From the NCBI GenBank assembly GCA_965215505.1, contig OZ244065.1:4096001-4160000 (forward strand): 64,000 nt of DNA, written 5' to 3'. The DNA comes from Capsulimonadaceae bacterium (GTDB lineage Bacteria; Armatimonadota; Armatimonadia; Armatimonadales; Capsulimonadaceae). This document shows, piece after piece, positions 52,615-62,475 of this stretch (positions within the stretch are counted from its first letter, which is position 1; every line of letters starts with the position of its first letter). The translations under genes and the position numbers were made by a program. The notes beneath the pieces were generated by a model. That model was not told the DNA's origin. It ran no database searches and worked only from the letters and a program-made list of their open reading frames with translations.

Positions 52615-53601
52615 TTGAGTATCTACGTCGTGACGGGCGGGGCCGGATTCATCGGGTCACATCTGGCGACCCGGCTCGGGCGGGCGGGCCATGAGGTGCG
52701 CGTACTGGACAGCCTGGCGGGCGCGGCCTCGCGCCGCCGCGCCCACGCCCTGGCCTCCGTCCCCCACGTCGAGATCGTGCAGGGCGACATCCGCGACCCG
52801 GATGCCTGTCGGCGGATTTCGGAGGGCGTGGACTATGTGCTCCACCACGCGGGTGAGGCTTCGGTGCAGGGTTCGCTGGACGATACGGCGGGCTGCGCCG
52901 CCGTCAACATCGGCGGCACGATTAACCTGCTGGAAGCCGCGCGGGCGGCCGGGACCGTCAAGCGGTTCGTCTTCGCCTCCTCCTGCGCCGTCTACGGCGA
53001 TGCGCCCGGCGCGGCGAAGCACGAGGCCTCGCTGACCGACCCGCTCTCGCCCTATGCCTCCTCGAAGCTGTCCGCCGAGTACTTCTGCCGCAACTTTTTC
53101 CGGCTGCACGGGCTGCAAACGATCTCGCTGCGCTACTTCAACGTCTACGGGCCGGGCCAGGACCCCGCCGGCGACTACGCCTCGGTGATACCAAAGTTCG
53201 TCCTCGCCCTGGTGCGGGGCGAGCCGCCGGTCCTGTACGGCGACGGCGAGCAGTCGCGGGACTTCATCCATGTGGACGACGTGGTCGAGGCCAACCTGCG
53301 GGCGGTGGCGGCGACGCGCGGGGTGGGGGGCCGGGCGGTCAACGTCGGCAGCGGCCAGAGCGCGTCGCTGAAACAGGTCCTGCAAACGCTGGGCCAGATC
53401 GTGGGGCACGGCATCGAGGCCGACCGCCTGCCGGCCCGGCCCGGCGACATCAGGCACTCCCGTGCGGACATCGCCGCCGCCGCCGGGCTTCTGCAATTCA
53501 CGCCCTCCGTGAGCCTGCGCGACGGATTGGCACGGACTTTGCAGTGGTATCAGACAGAGGGCGGCGTCACAGAAGAAAATCGCGCGCCGGGCCTCAGCTA
53601 A
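52615..53601 (+). CDS. NAD-dependent epimerase/dehydratase
   Basis: VTGGAGFIGS, PYASSK, LRYFNVYGP, RDFIHVDD. Confidence 0.92.
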   Translation: MSIYVVTGGAGFIGSHLATRLGRAGHEVRVLDSLAGAASRRRAHALASVPHVEIVQGDIRDPDACRRISEGVDYVLHHAGEASVQGSLDDTAGCAAVNIGGTINLLEAARAAGTVKRFVFASSCAVYGDAPGAAKHEASLTDPLSPYASSKLSAEYFCRNFFRLHGLQTISLRYFNVYGPGQDPAGDYASVIPKFVLALVRGEPPVLYGDGEQSRDFIHVDDVVEANLRAVAATRGVGGRAVNVGSGQSASLKQVLQTLGQIVGHGIEADRLPARPGDIRHSRADIAAAAGLLQFTPSVSLRDGLARTLQWYQTEGGVTEENRAPGLS

Positions 53602-53617
53602 AGGAGTAGTTTTCAGC

Positions 53618-55006
53618 ATGAACATTTGCGTCATCGGAACAGGGTATGTCGGGCTGGTCACGGGCGTCGTCTTCGCCGACATGGGCAACGACGTGGTCTG
53701 CGTGGACAAGATCGCGGCCAAAGTGGACGGCTTGAACCAGGGCGTCATGCCCATCTACGAGCCGGGCCTGGAGGAGATGGTGGGCCGCAACGTCGCCGAC
53801 GGCCGTCTGGAGTTCACGACGGACCTCGACGCCGCCGTGCAGAAAGCGGAGATCGTCTTCATCGCCGTCGGCACCCCCCCCAAGGCGGACGGCTCGACCG
53901 ACCTGTCCTATGTGGAGGACGCCGCCAAGGGCATCGCGCGCGCCCTGAATCGCTACAAGGTCATCGTCAACAAGAGTACCGTGCCCGTCGGGACGGGCGA
54001 CTTCGTCCGCGAGGTCATCGAAACCAACAAGCGCCGGGCGGTGGACTTTGATGTCGTCTCCAACCCCGAATTCCTGCGCGAAGGCTCGGCCATCACGGAC
54101 ACCCTGGTCCCCGACCGCATCGTCATCGGTGCCCCGTCCAAGATCGTCGCCATGCGCCTGCTGGAGCTGTACGCGCCGCTGGAGCGCCCCATGATCGTCG
54201 TGGACGTCGCGAGCGCCGAGATGATCAAGTACGCCTCCAACGCCTTCCTCGCCACCAAGATCTCGTTCGCCAACGCCATCGCCAACATCTGCGAGGAGAC
54301 CGGCGCGGACGTCACCCAGGTCGTCAAGGGCATGGGGCTGGACGCGCGCATCGGCCAGGCCTTCCTGAACGCGGGCCTTGGCTACGGCGGCTCGTGCTTC
54401 CCCAAGGACACCCGCTCCCTTCTGCACACCGCCCAGGCCTTCGGCTGCGAGTTCCCGCTGCTCGCCGCCACCATCGAGACCAACGAGCAGCAGCCGAAGC
54501 GCTTCATCGCCAAGATCCACGACGCCCTGGGAGGCGAGTCCCTGAAGGGCAAGACCGTCGGCATCCTGGGCCTGGCTTTCAAGGCCAACACCGACGATAT
54601 GCGCGAGGCGAAGTCGCTGGACGTCATCGCCGACCTGCTGGCCTCGGGCGCGACCGTCAAGGCCTACGACCCCATCGCCATGGAGAACACCAAGCCCGTC
54701 TTCCCGCACATCACCTACGGCGCGAACGCCTACGAGGTCGCCACGGGGGCCGACGCCCTGGTCATCGTGACCGAGTGGAACGAGTTCAAGAACCTGAACT
54801 TCGAGCGCCTGTCCACGCTGATGGCCCGCCCGCTGATCCTGGACGGGCGCAACCTGTATGACCCGGAGCGCCTGCGCCGGCTGGGTTTCGAGTACCACTC
54901 CATCGGCCGCGCCTCCATGAAGCCGGCGGTCAAGACGCACACCGACAAAGCGCCGACCGACCTCCCGGCCCGCAATTCCACTTCCAAGGAAACCGTAGCT
55001 GTTTGA
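53618..55006 (+). CDS. ugd: UDP-glucose 6-dehydrogenase
   Basis: GTGYVG, KSTVPVG, NPEFLREG, GYGGSCFPKD. Confidence 0.93.
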   Translation: MNICVIGTGYVGLVTGVVFADMGNDVVCVDKIAAKVDGLNQGVMPIYEPGLEEMVGRNVADGRLEFTTDLDAAVQKAEIVFIAVGTPPKADGSTDLSYVEDAAKGIARALNRYKVIVNKSTVPVGTGDFVREVIETNKRRAVDFDVVSNPEFLREGSAITDTLVPDRIVIGAPSKIVAMRLLELYAPLERPMIVVDVASAEMIKYASNAFLATKISFANAIANICEETGADVTQVVKGMGLDARIGQAFLNAGLGYGGSCFPKDTRSLLHTAQAFGCEFPLLAATIETNEQQPKRFIAKIHDALGGESLKGKTVGILGLAFKANTDDMREAKSLDVIADLLASGATVKAYDPIAMENTKPVFPHITYGANAYEVATGADALVIVTEWNEFKNLNFERLSTLMARPLILDGRNLYDPERLRRLGFEYHSIGRASMKPAVKTHTDKAPTDLPARNSTSKETVAV

Positions 55007-55485
55007 TGATCGCTCCCGAGAAATCGCCCCCGCTGAAATCCCTCGCCCGGAGGCCCGGCGTCCGCCAGTTCGTCAAGTTCGGCATCGTCGGTGCCAGCAG
55101 CACGGCGGTCAATTTCGCCGTGCTGAACCTGTGTCTGATCTTGCTGCATCAGAACCGCTACCTGGCTGCGACCATCGCCTTTCTAGTCTCGGTCGTCAAC
55201 GGCTACTTTTGGAACAAACGCTGGACCTTCCGGGAGGCCCAGGCCAAAGCGGTTCACACACAGTTCATGCAGTTCCTACTGGTGAACCTGGTCGGTCTGG
55301 GCCTTGACCTGCTTTTCATCCGCCTGGTTTCCGTGCCGCTGGAACACCAGCTCCTTCTCGCCCGCCCCTTGATGCACCCGGAGAAAGCGATGCACCTCGC
55401 TACCAACGGTGCCCAACTCGTCGCCACCGCTGCCATCGTCTTCTGGAACTTCTTCGCAAACCGCCTGTGGACCTTCAAGCACTGA
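55006..55485 (+). CDS. GtrA family protein
   Basis: QFVKFGIVG, WNKRWTF, WNFFANRLWTF. Confidence 0.9.
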   Translation: MIAPEKSPPLKSLARRPGVRQFVKFGIVGASSTAVNFAVLNLCLILLHQNRYLAATIAFLVSVVNGYFWNKRWTFREAQAKAVHTQFMQFLLVNLVGLGLDLLFIRLVSVPLEHQLLLARPLMHPEKAMHLATNGAQLVATAAIVFWNFFANRLWTFKH

Positions 55486-55493
55486 CAACCCTG

Positions 55494-55527
55494 CGCCCCG
55501 CCCTTTCGGGCGGGGCGTTTTGCTTTT
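55494..55527 (+). terminator. Intrinsic terminator
   Basis: cgccccgccc-tttc-gggcggggcg-ttttgctttt. Confidence 0.8.
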
Positions 55528-55635
55528 CTCTGGGCCCCTCGCCAGGTTCCTTCCGGCCTCCCGCCGTGTCTGTCTTGTTGAAGGTGTCGTCCTCGGAATT
55601 GGCTGAGGCTGCCACCACCGGACAGGAGATTTCCC

Positions 55636-56025
55636 ATGACCACTGAGCAGACCCCGGACGAAATGAAAGCCTTCGTCCGCCGGCACTTCGAGGATTTCGT
55701 CAACAACCGGAACGCCGCCGTCATCCACCAGAACATGACGCCGGACTTCTTCGACCATGACGGCCCCGGCGGCAGGCCGACCGACGCGGACGGGGACGAG
55801 AAGATGATGGAGGCCATGTACGCCCTGATGCCCGGCCTCCGGGTCACGGTCGAGGACAGCATCGCCGAGGGAGACAAGGTGATGTGCCGCAACGTCTGGC
55901 GCTGGACGGATGCCCAGACCGGCAAGCCGATGGAGTTCCACGGCTTCGTCCTGTGGCGGCTGGAAGGCGGCAAGATCGCCGAGCGCTGGGCGACGGTCAC
56001 GCCCCCGGCGGAAGACGCGGGCTGA
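55636..56025 (+). CDS. SnoaL-like ester cyclase family protein
   Basis: VTVEDSIAEGDKV, TGKP, RLEGGKIAERW; SD aggag. Confidence 0.85.
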   Translation: MTTEQTPDEMKAFVRRHFEDFVNNRNAAVIHQNMTPDFFDHDGPGGRPTDADGDEKMMEAMYALMPGLRVTVEDSIAEGDKVMCRNVWRWTDAQTGKPMEFHGFVLWRLEGGKIAERWATVTPPAEDAG

Positions 56026-56278
56026 CTACTGGTGTAAGAAACGGGCACGGAGGGGGCCGGGGGCATCGTTGTCCTCGGCGCAACTCACAAGGCCACCACA
56101 AAGATATTTATCACCGCCTCGTAATTTGAGCAGGTTGTGTGGTATATTGTAGCGAGCGGTCAGTGCTAGCCGTTCCCTCCATTGTGGCCGCGTCCTACTG
56201 TACCTACGCAGCCATTTTCGGCCTTGCGCTTCCTTGGCGCCTTTCCCTGTTGTCCCGAGTCCGGAAAGAGGTCGCGTC

Positions 56279-57541
56279 ATGTTCCGCCGCATAATCTCAT
56301 CCCTGACGGTTCGTTTTTGCCTCATCCTATTTCTGCTGTTTGGCCTAAGCAGTCGGAACAGTTCTGCACAGCAGGCGGCCAGACCCACTGCTCGTCTAGC
56401 AAGTGCTTCGGTGAACGGTTCCGCTATGAAGGTTGAGGCTTTCACCTATGGCCTGACGAAAGCATCCAAGGTGGAAGCAAACCGACCGGGCCGCCGGGGC
56501 AGACGGCAGGCTGCTGGTATCCCACCCCGACTCGATCTTACCATCCCGCCCCGTCTCAATCAGCGGGTGCGGAGGCCAGGCCGACTTACCCCAAGCACCG
56601 GGACTCCCAACCCTTCCATTCCGATCGAAGCTCCCGACTTTCCGATAACTGGTAGATGGACGGGGACCGTTACCCAGGGAAGCACGGTAGTGAATTGCAC
56701 AATGGATACTGAGTCAGATCCAGGTGGTGATGGACCTTTCTCGAACGCATATCCGGTAAATGGCTCTTCAACCTACTCAACGCAGGACGGTAAAAAAATC
56801 AGCATGTGTGATTTCGTGGGGGCCTTCTGGAAGAATGAGCTTCGCTATCAAGAATCAGGCCAGATAGAGCCTCTCACCATGAACAGAGCTGGCTTGAAAC
56901 AAGGCGACCTTTGGCTTTCTTCCAATGGGACACATTTGGCAGGTCAGTGGATTGCTCGAAATGGCTCGTCTGGAACGATTCATCTTGAAAAAGTTAATTC
57001 TGCATCGAAAGTTGTAAACATCTTTATTGGTGGTTTCTTTGATGCTACATATAAACCAGTCAAATCGTATTTTGACAATCATAAATCTGATTTCTCAAAT
57101 CCTATATACTTCAGCTACGATGCGAGACGCGAGATTAGGCAGTATATCGCGGGCCTTCCGACTAATACGGTGATTAACCTTATTGGGCATAGTTACGGCG
57201 GTGATACCGCTGCGATAATGGCAGTTCGTTGTGGCAAACCAATCAACTTACTTATTACCATTGATCCTGTAAGCTGGGTCGGAATAAACTCAATATTTGG
57301 CCCAAGCTACTCTACCCTCACAGCCCATGCAGCTAAATGGATTGACGTTAATGCAACTGGTGGAGGCATCTTTAAGGGCGGCAATCTGCCTGCGGGGGTA
57401 GGAGGAGCTTGGAACACAGGGCCAAGTAAAAGTGCAACGATATACTATGAAGTTCCTAAGGTCCATGCGGACTTTGAAGGAATGATGGAAGCGGACGGAC
57501 CTACTGGTAGAAGTGCAGAGCAGATGTTGATTGGCCACTGA
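56279..57541 (+). CDS. Secreted protein with C-terminal alpha/beta-hydrolase domain, low GC
   Basis: Signal peptide; INLIGHSYGG nucleophile elbow, LLITIDPV, late His (VHADF). Confidence 0.7.
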   Translation: MFRRIISSLTVRFCLILFLLFGLSSRNSSAQQAARPTARLASASVNGSAMKVEAFTYGLTKASKVEANRPGRRGRRQAAGIPPRLDLTIPPRLNQRVRRPGRLTPSTGTPNPSIPIEAPDFPITGRWTGTVTQGSTVVNCTMDTESDPGGDGPFSNAYPVNGSSTYSTQDGKKISMCDFVGAFWKNELRYQESGQIEPLTMNRAGLKQGDLWLSSNGTHLAGQWIARNGSSGTIHLEKVNSASKVVNIFIGGFFDATYKPVKSYFDNHKSDFSNPIYFSYDARREIRQYIAGLPTNTVINLIGHSYGGDTAAIMAVRCGKPINLLITIDPVSWVGINSIFGPSYSTLTAHAAKWIDVNATGGGIFKGGNLPAGVGGAWNTGPSKSATIYYEVPKVHADFEGMMEADGPTGRSAEQMLIGH

Positions 57542-57827
57542 TGACAAATTTCAGAGAGTAATAACCGCAAACAAATCATTCGGACGCGGGCTAATTGCTT
57601 TTCTTTGCATTTTTGGACTTGCGGATATGACCTGACTTCACTATCAGGCCCATAAGATTTGTGGACTGCGATCTGTAAACATTGTTGACATTCGCGATAC
57701 GTCTAAGTTTAATGTGCGTGGGTAGCAACCATCAAGAGGATCAAAATCCTTTCATTGGATCACTGGTGTGACCGTGCAAACCACCGTTTGCAAAAGTTAG
57801 ACCTTCCATGTTATGATGTGCAATGCC

Positions 57828-60530
57828 ATGAAGCCTACGCCTCTGCTCTTTACCCTTACTTTCCTCTTAGCCTTCCTCTCCTTCCAAACCAGCGCCAGCG
57901 CTGCGCTGACCGTCCGCGTGGACGCTTCCCAGGGAGCGCCGCGCCTGGTCGTCAACGGTCGGCCCGTTCGCGCCCGGATGTTTTATGGCAGCTACGGCAG
58001 TTACCGTCTGCCTCCGCCCGCGCCCCTTCCCGTCCCCGCCGGCGCGCACACCCTGAGGTTCGACTTCACGGCGCGGGCGACCGAGCCGGGCCAAGCGACC
58101 CTGCACTTCCGCTTCGGGCAGGCACCGGGGGAGATTGACCTGGATGACATCCATGTCACCGACCTGAACACGCATCAGGACGTGATGCCGACGCGCACCT
58201 TCGAGGGCGGGGCGGCGGAGTTTGCCCGCGACTGGGCGGTCTGGCCGGAGGGCGCGGCCAACACGGTCGGCACGGTACGGGTCGAGCCGGGCGTCGGGGA
58301 GGGCGGCTCGGCGGGGCTGCACATCAGCATCAAAGCACCCGCGAATGGGGCGTGGCCGGACTTCCATGTCCATTCCAGCGAGACTTTGGCGCTCACCAAA
58401 GGCCATCACTACCGTGTCAGCTTCTGGATACGGGCGGACGCACCCCGTTCATTGACCGTCGCCTTCTACCGGCCTGGCAGTCCCTTCGTCTACCTCGGCG
58501 GCGTGTCACAGCCGGACGTTTTCTCGGCCCAGATCAAAATGGCGGCGCGGGCGGGAGTGCCGTTTGTCTCGTTCATGATCAGCCCGATCCCCTGGCCCGC
58601 TCCTGGGCAGCCTGCCGACTGGTCCGAAGCGGACGATGCCTGTGACGCCGTTCTGCGGGCCGACCCGAGCGCCCTGCTCGTGCCGCGCATCTCGGTCAAC
58701 GCCCCCGACTGGTGGCGCAGGGCACATGCGGGCGAGATGATGCGCTGGGAGGATTCGCCCGCCGGGGACCACCCGCCCGTCGCCGTCCCCGCCTCCCCTG
58801 CCTTCCGCCGGGACGCGGGCGCACGCCTTGCCGCGCTCATCGCCCACGTGGAAGGGAAGTACGGGGACCACATGGGCGGCTACCATGTGGCCGGGCAGAA
58901 CACCGACGAGTGGTTCTATCAGGACAGTTGGGGCCACGCCCTGAACGGCTATGCCCCCGCCGACCTGACGGCCTGGCGTTTGTGGCTGAAACAGCACTAC
59001 GGGACCAGCGCCGCCCTCCAGGCCGCCTGGAACGACCCCGGTGTGACGCCCGAGACAGCCGCCGTCCCTACCCCCGCCGCCCGTCATGCCGCGCCCAACG
59101 GGCTGTTCCGGGACCCACAGCGCGAGCGCGCCATCATTGACTTCAACCTGTACCAGCAGCAGATGATGGCCGACTGCGTCTGCGATCTGGCCCATGTCGC
59201 CCGCGTGGCGAGCGGCGGGCGAAAGCTGGTTCTATTTTTCTACGGCTACGGCTTTGAACTGAGCGTCGTCCCGACCGGGCCGGGGTCGTCGGGGCATTAC
59301 TCCCTGCGCCGCGTGCTGGACTGCCCCGACATTGATGTCCTCTGCTCCCCGATCTCTTACTACGACCGTGGCCCGGACGGCAGCGCCCCCACGATGACGA
59401 CGGCCGAAAGCGTCGCGCTGGCAGGCAAGATGAAGCTGAACGAGGACGACACGGCTACCTATTTGAGCCTGGGGGACGCGCCCGGCGCGGACGTCCGGGT
59501 GAGGACGCGGGCCGAGACGAACGAGGAGCTGACGCGCAACGTCGCGCAGGAGGCTTTGCGGAACTTCGGGACCTGGTGGATGGACCTGGGCGCGACGGGC
59601 TGGTTTAACGACGCCGGCCTGTGGGACCGGATGGCCCGCCTGAACGCCCTCGACCAGCCGCTGCTGAGGCACCCGACGCCCTATCACCCTCCCGTCGCCG
59701 CCGTGCTGGACGAGCGGACCATGCTGCGGCTCGCCGAGGGCGCGGCCCTGGTGACCGGCCCCGCCGTCTCCGAGTCGCGCCGGCCCCTGGGCCTGATGGG
59801 TGCATCTTATGGGCAATACCTATTGGATGACGTAGCGGCGGGGCGTGTCCCGGCCCAAGTCTACGTCTTCCTGAACGCCTGGGTCCTGTCGGCACAGCAG
59901 CGGACCGCCCTCGCGCGGGCGACGCGAGGCCGCACCCGCGTCTGGTGCTACACGCCCGGCCTCTACGATGACGATTACCTTTCGCCCGCTGCAATGCGCG
60001 CCCTGACCGGGTTCGCGCTCCGCCCCGCCGCTCCCCAAAAAGCGATGGCGACGCCGACGGCGCGCGGCCGGGCGCTTGGTCTGACGCGGCCCTTCGGCCT
60101 GGGCCGCTCCCTCCCATTGCTGTTCACCCCGGCTGACGCCAAACTCGGTGAGATCCTGGCGACCTACCCGGACGGCTCCCCCGCCGTCGCCCTGCGCCGG
60201 TCGGCGGACGGCGTCTCGCTATTCGTCGGTGTACCCGGCCTGACTCCCGAACTCCTGCGCCTGGCCGCCCGCGCGGGCGGCGTCCACCTTTACACACAGA
60301 CGGACTGCAATGTCTGCGCGAATGGCCCATTTTTAGTCGTCCACGCTGCCCAGCCTGGGCCGGTCCAGATTGATACCGGCAAGGCCGGCCCGGTCCGGGA
60401 TGTCCTGAGCGGTCGGGTGATCGGGCAGGGGCCGCACTTGTCCTTGAACCTTGCGCGCGGCGAGACGCGGGTGCTGATCCTCTCCCCGGCGCTACGCGCC
60501 GACCCTCCCCTCGGAGGGAAGGGTGGGTAA
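57828..60530 (+). CDS. Secreted GH42-like glycoside hydrolase with an inserted carbohydrate-binding domain
   Basis: Signal peptide; YRVSFWIRA (CBM4/9-like), NTDEWFY, WLKQHYGT..ALQAAWN, NEDDT. Confidence 0.7.
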   Translation: MKPTPLLFTLTFLLAFLSFQTSASAALTVRVDASQGAPRLVVNGRPVRARMFYGSYGSYRLPPPAPLPVPAGAHTLRFDFTARATEPGQATLHFRFGQAPGEIDLDDIHVTDLNTHQDVMPTRTFEGGAAEFARDWAVWPEGAANTVGTVRVEPGVGEGGSAGLHISIKAPANGAWPDFHVHSSETLALTKGHHYRVSFWIRADAPRSLTVAFYRPGSPFVYLGGVSQPDVFSAQIKMAARAGVPFVSFMISPIPWPAPGQPADWSEADDACDAVLRADPSALLVPRISVNAPDWWRRAHAGEMMRWEDSPAGDHPPVAVPASPAFRRDAGARLAALIAHVEGKYGDHMGGYHVAGQNTDEWFYQDSWGHALNGYAPADLTAWRLWLKQHYGTSAALQAAWNDPGVTPETAAVPTPAARHAAPNGLFRDPQRERAIIDFNLYQQQMMADCVCDLAHVARVASGGRKLVLFFYGYGFELSVVPTGPGSSGHYSLRRVLDCPDIDVLCSPISYYDRGPDGSAPTMTTAESVALAGKMKLNEDDTATYLSLGDAPGADVRVRTRAETNEELTRNVAQEALRNFGTWWMDLGATGWFNDAGLWDRMARLNALDQPLLRHPTPYHPPVAAVLDERTMLRLAEGAALVTGPAVSESRRPLGLMGASYGQYLLDDVAAGRVPAQVYVFLNAWVLSAQQRTALARATRGRTRVWCYTPGLYDDDYLSPAAMRALTGFALRPAAPQKAMATPTARGRALGLTRPFGLGRSLPLLFTPADAKLGEILATYPDGSPAVALRRSADGVSLFVGVPGLTPELLRLAARAGGVHLYTQTDCNVCANGPFLVVHAAQPGPVQIDTGKAGPVRDVLSGRVIGQGPHLSLNLARGETRVLILSPALRADPPLGGKGG

Positions 60531-60659
60531 ATAGAGAGCGGGGCGGTCCTATCGTAAGTCTTGCCGTAATTGGAAGGCCGCAGGACAAGAAGCGCCCCGG
60601 CCCTCGCCAAACACCCTTCCCTTTGAGGGAAGGGTCGGCGCGTAGCGCCGGGGGTAGGA
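60475..60659. repeat. Inverted-repeat element, family C (imperfect copy)
   Basis: tgatcctctccccggcgctacgcgccgaccctcccctcggagggaagggtg pairs with 60612-60659; same outer core as 37542. Confidence 0.8.
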
Positions 60660-60663
60660 CCTC

Positions 60664-60693
60664 TTGACTTCCTCCGCCCGCACCTGGTATAAC
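60664..60693 (+). promoter_or_regulatory. Sigma70 promoter of the mod operon
   Basis: ttgact-N18-tataac with TG extension. Confidence 0.6.
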
Positions 60694-60717
60694 TTACCCG
60701 CCTTGCCTATTACTGCC

Positions 60718-61149
60718 ATGTCTACTACCTCCACATCCGTCAAGCTGACGCGCGCGCAGGTCGCGCAGATGCTCCAGATCACGCCCAAGACGCTGGCCGT
60801 CTGGGAGAAAAGCGGGCGCATCCCCGTCCCCGAGCGGGACTGGCGCGGGTGGCGTCTCTACGATGAGGCCGCCGTCGCCGCCGTCCGCGCCGCGCTTGGT
60901 GCGCCGGCGGAAGAGGTCGCGGCCCCTGAGCCGAACCGGCCCATGCAGATCAGCGCGCGGAACGCCCTGCGCGGCATCGTCCGCGAGATTACGGGCGACG
61001 GCGTGCTGTGTGAGGTGACTCTGGACCTCGGGAACGGGCAGGAGGTCGTGTCGGTCATCACGCGCTCCTCCGCCCAGCGTCTCGGGCTGAGGCCCGGCGT
61101 CGAGGCGACGGCACTCATCAAATCTACGGAGGTCCTCCTTGCGCGTTAG
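60718..61149 (+). CDS. MerR-type HTH plus TOBE (Mop) molybdate-binding regulator
   Basis: VAQMLQITPKTLAVWEKSG..RDWRGWRLY; QISARNALRG...ALIKSTEV. Confidence 0.88.
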   Translation: MSTTSTSVKLTRAQVAQMLQITPKTLAVWEKSGRIPVPERDWRGWRLYDEAAVAAVRAALGAPAEEVAAPEPNRPMQISARNALRGIVREITGDGVLCEVTLDLGNGQEVVSVITRSSAQRLGLRPGVEATALIKSTEVLLAR

Positions 61150-61912
61150 ACTTAGGATTGCTTTCCTGCTCCTGTCCGTCCTGCTGGCATTGCCCGCCCA
61201 CGCCGACCCTTTGCGCGTGGCCGCCGCCGCCAACCTGCAAAAAGTGTTCACCGAGGCCCTGCTGCCCGCCTTCACGAAGAAGACCGGCACGGCAGTGACG
61301 CCGACTTTCGGGGCGACTGGGGCGCTCGCCACGCAGATCGAGAACGGGGCACCGATTGACGTCTTCGTCTCCGCCGACACGGCTGCGGTGCAGAAGCTCG
61401 CCGCCGGGGGGACCGTCGTGCCCGCCAGCGTCCACCCCTACGCCATCGGCCGGCTCGTCCTGTGGTCCAGCGCTGGGGCCGCGCACCACCCGAAGAGCAT
61501 CCAGGACCTTGGCGACCCGGCCTACGCCAAGATCGCCATCGCGAACCCCAAGACCGCCCCCTACGGTCTGGCCGCCGAGCAGGCGTTTACCCGCTCCGGC
61601 ATCGCGGCGCGCATCGCCCCGCGCGTGGTCCAGGCCGAGAACATCGGCCAGGCCTTGCAGTTCGCCCAGTCCCGCAACGCCGATGTCTGCCTGACCGCCC
61701 TGTCCCTGGTCATCGGGGACAAGACCGACCCTTATGTCATCGTCCCGGACGGCCTGCACGACCCCATCACGCAGAGCCTCGGCCTGGTCCGGACGACCAC
61801 GCAGACGACCCAGGCGATGGCGTTCATTGACTTCCTCACCGGCAAAGACGCCGCCAAGATCTGGAAGAGCTACGGCTACGAGCTGCCCAAGGCACTGAAG
61901 GAGGCCAAATGA
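61139..61912 (+). CDS. modA: Molybdate ABC transporter substrate-binding protein
   Basis: VAAAANL, GATGAL..QIENGAPIDVFVSAD, ANPKTAPYG. Confidence 0.92.
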   Translation: MRVRLRIAFLLLSVLLALPAHADPLRVAAAANLQKVFTEALLPAFTKKTGTAVTPTFGATGALATQIENGAPIDVFVSADTAAVQKLAAGGTVVPASVHPYAIGRLVLWSSAGAAHHPKSIQDLGDPAYAKIAIANPKTAPYGLAAEQAFTRSGIAARIAPRVVQAENIGQALQFAQSRNADVCLTALSLVIGDKTDPYVIVPDGLHDPITQSLGLVRTTTQTTQAMAFIDFLTGKDAAKIWKSYGYELPKALKEAK

Positions 61913-62472
61913 GCCACACCCGCCTCTCGCCGGTCGGCCTCGTCCTGCTGGTCGGCGTGGCAGTGTTCGGCCCGTCCGCCCGCGCCCAGACCGTGCCCGC
62001 CGACACCTTCCAGATCGCCGGGGCCGTGACCGCGCCCCACACCTGGAGCGTCGCGCAGATCAAGAAGCAGATGCCGACCGACATCCGCCCGCTGACCTAC
62101 ACATTGAAGGGGCAGAGCCACACCGCCCACGCCGTCGCGCTCTGGACACTGCTCCAGGCCGCCGGGCCGCGCCTCAACCCGCAGATCAAGCACCACCTGT
62201 TGCAGTTCATCGTGGCCGTGCGCGGGCAGGACGGCTACACCTCGGACTTCACGCTGGGGGAGCTGTCGCCGGACTTCGGGGACCGGGCGGTCTGGGTCGC
62301 TTTGGACGAGGATGGCAAGCCGCTGACCGGTGACGGTGGCCCGGTCCAGCTCCTGGTGCCCGGTGACAAGAAGCCCGCGCGCTGGGTCCACGCCGTCCGG
62401 GCGATCATCGTCACCGACGGTGCCGCTGCCGCCGCCCCCGCCCTCCTTCCTGCGACCCCCGCCGGGGCCTAG
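61909..62472 (+). CDS. Secreted molybdopterin-binding-domain-like protein
   Basis: GQDGY, DGKPL..DGGPVQLLVPGDKKPARWV; located inside the mod operon. Confidence 0.75.
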   Translation: MSHTRLSPVGLVLLVGVAVFGPSARAQTVPADTFQIAGAVTAPHTWSVAQIKKQMPTDIRPLTYTLKGQSHTAHAVALWTLLQAAGPRLNPQIKHHLLQFIVAVRGQDGYTSDFTLGELSPDFGDRAVWVALDEDGKPLTGDGGPVQLLVPGDKKPARWVHAVRAIIVTDGAAAAAPALLPATPAGA

Positions 62473-62475
62473 CCT

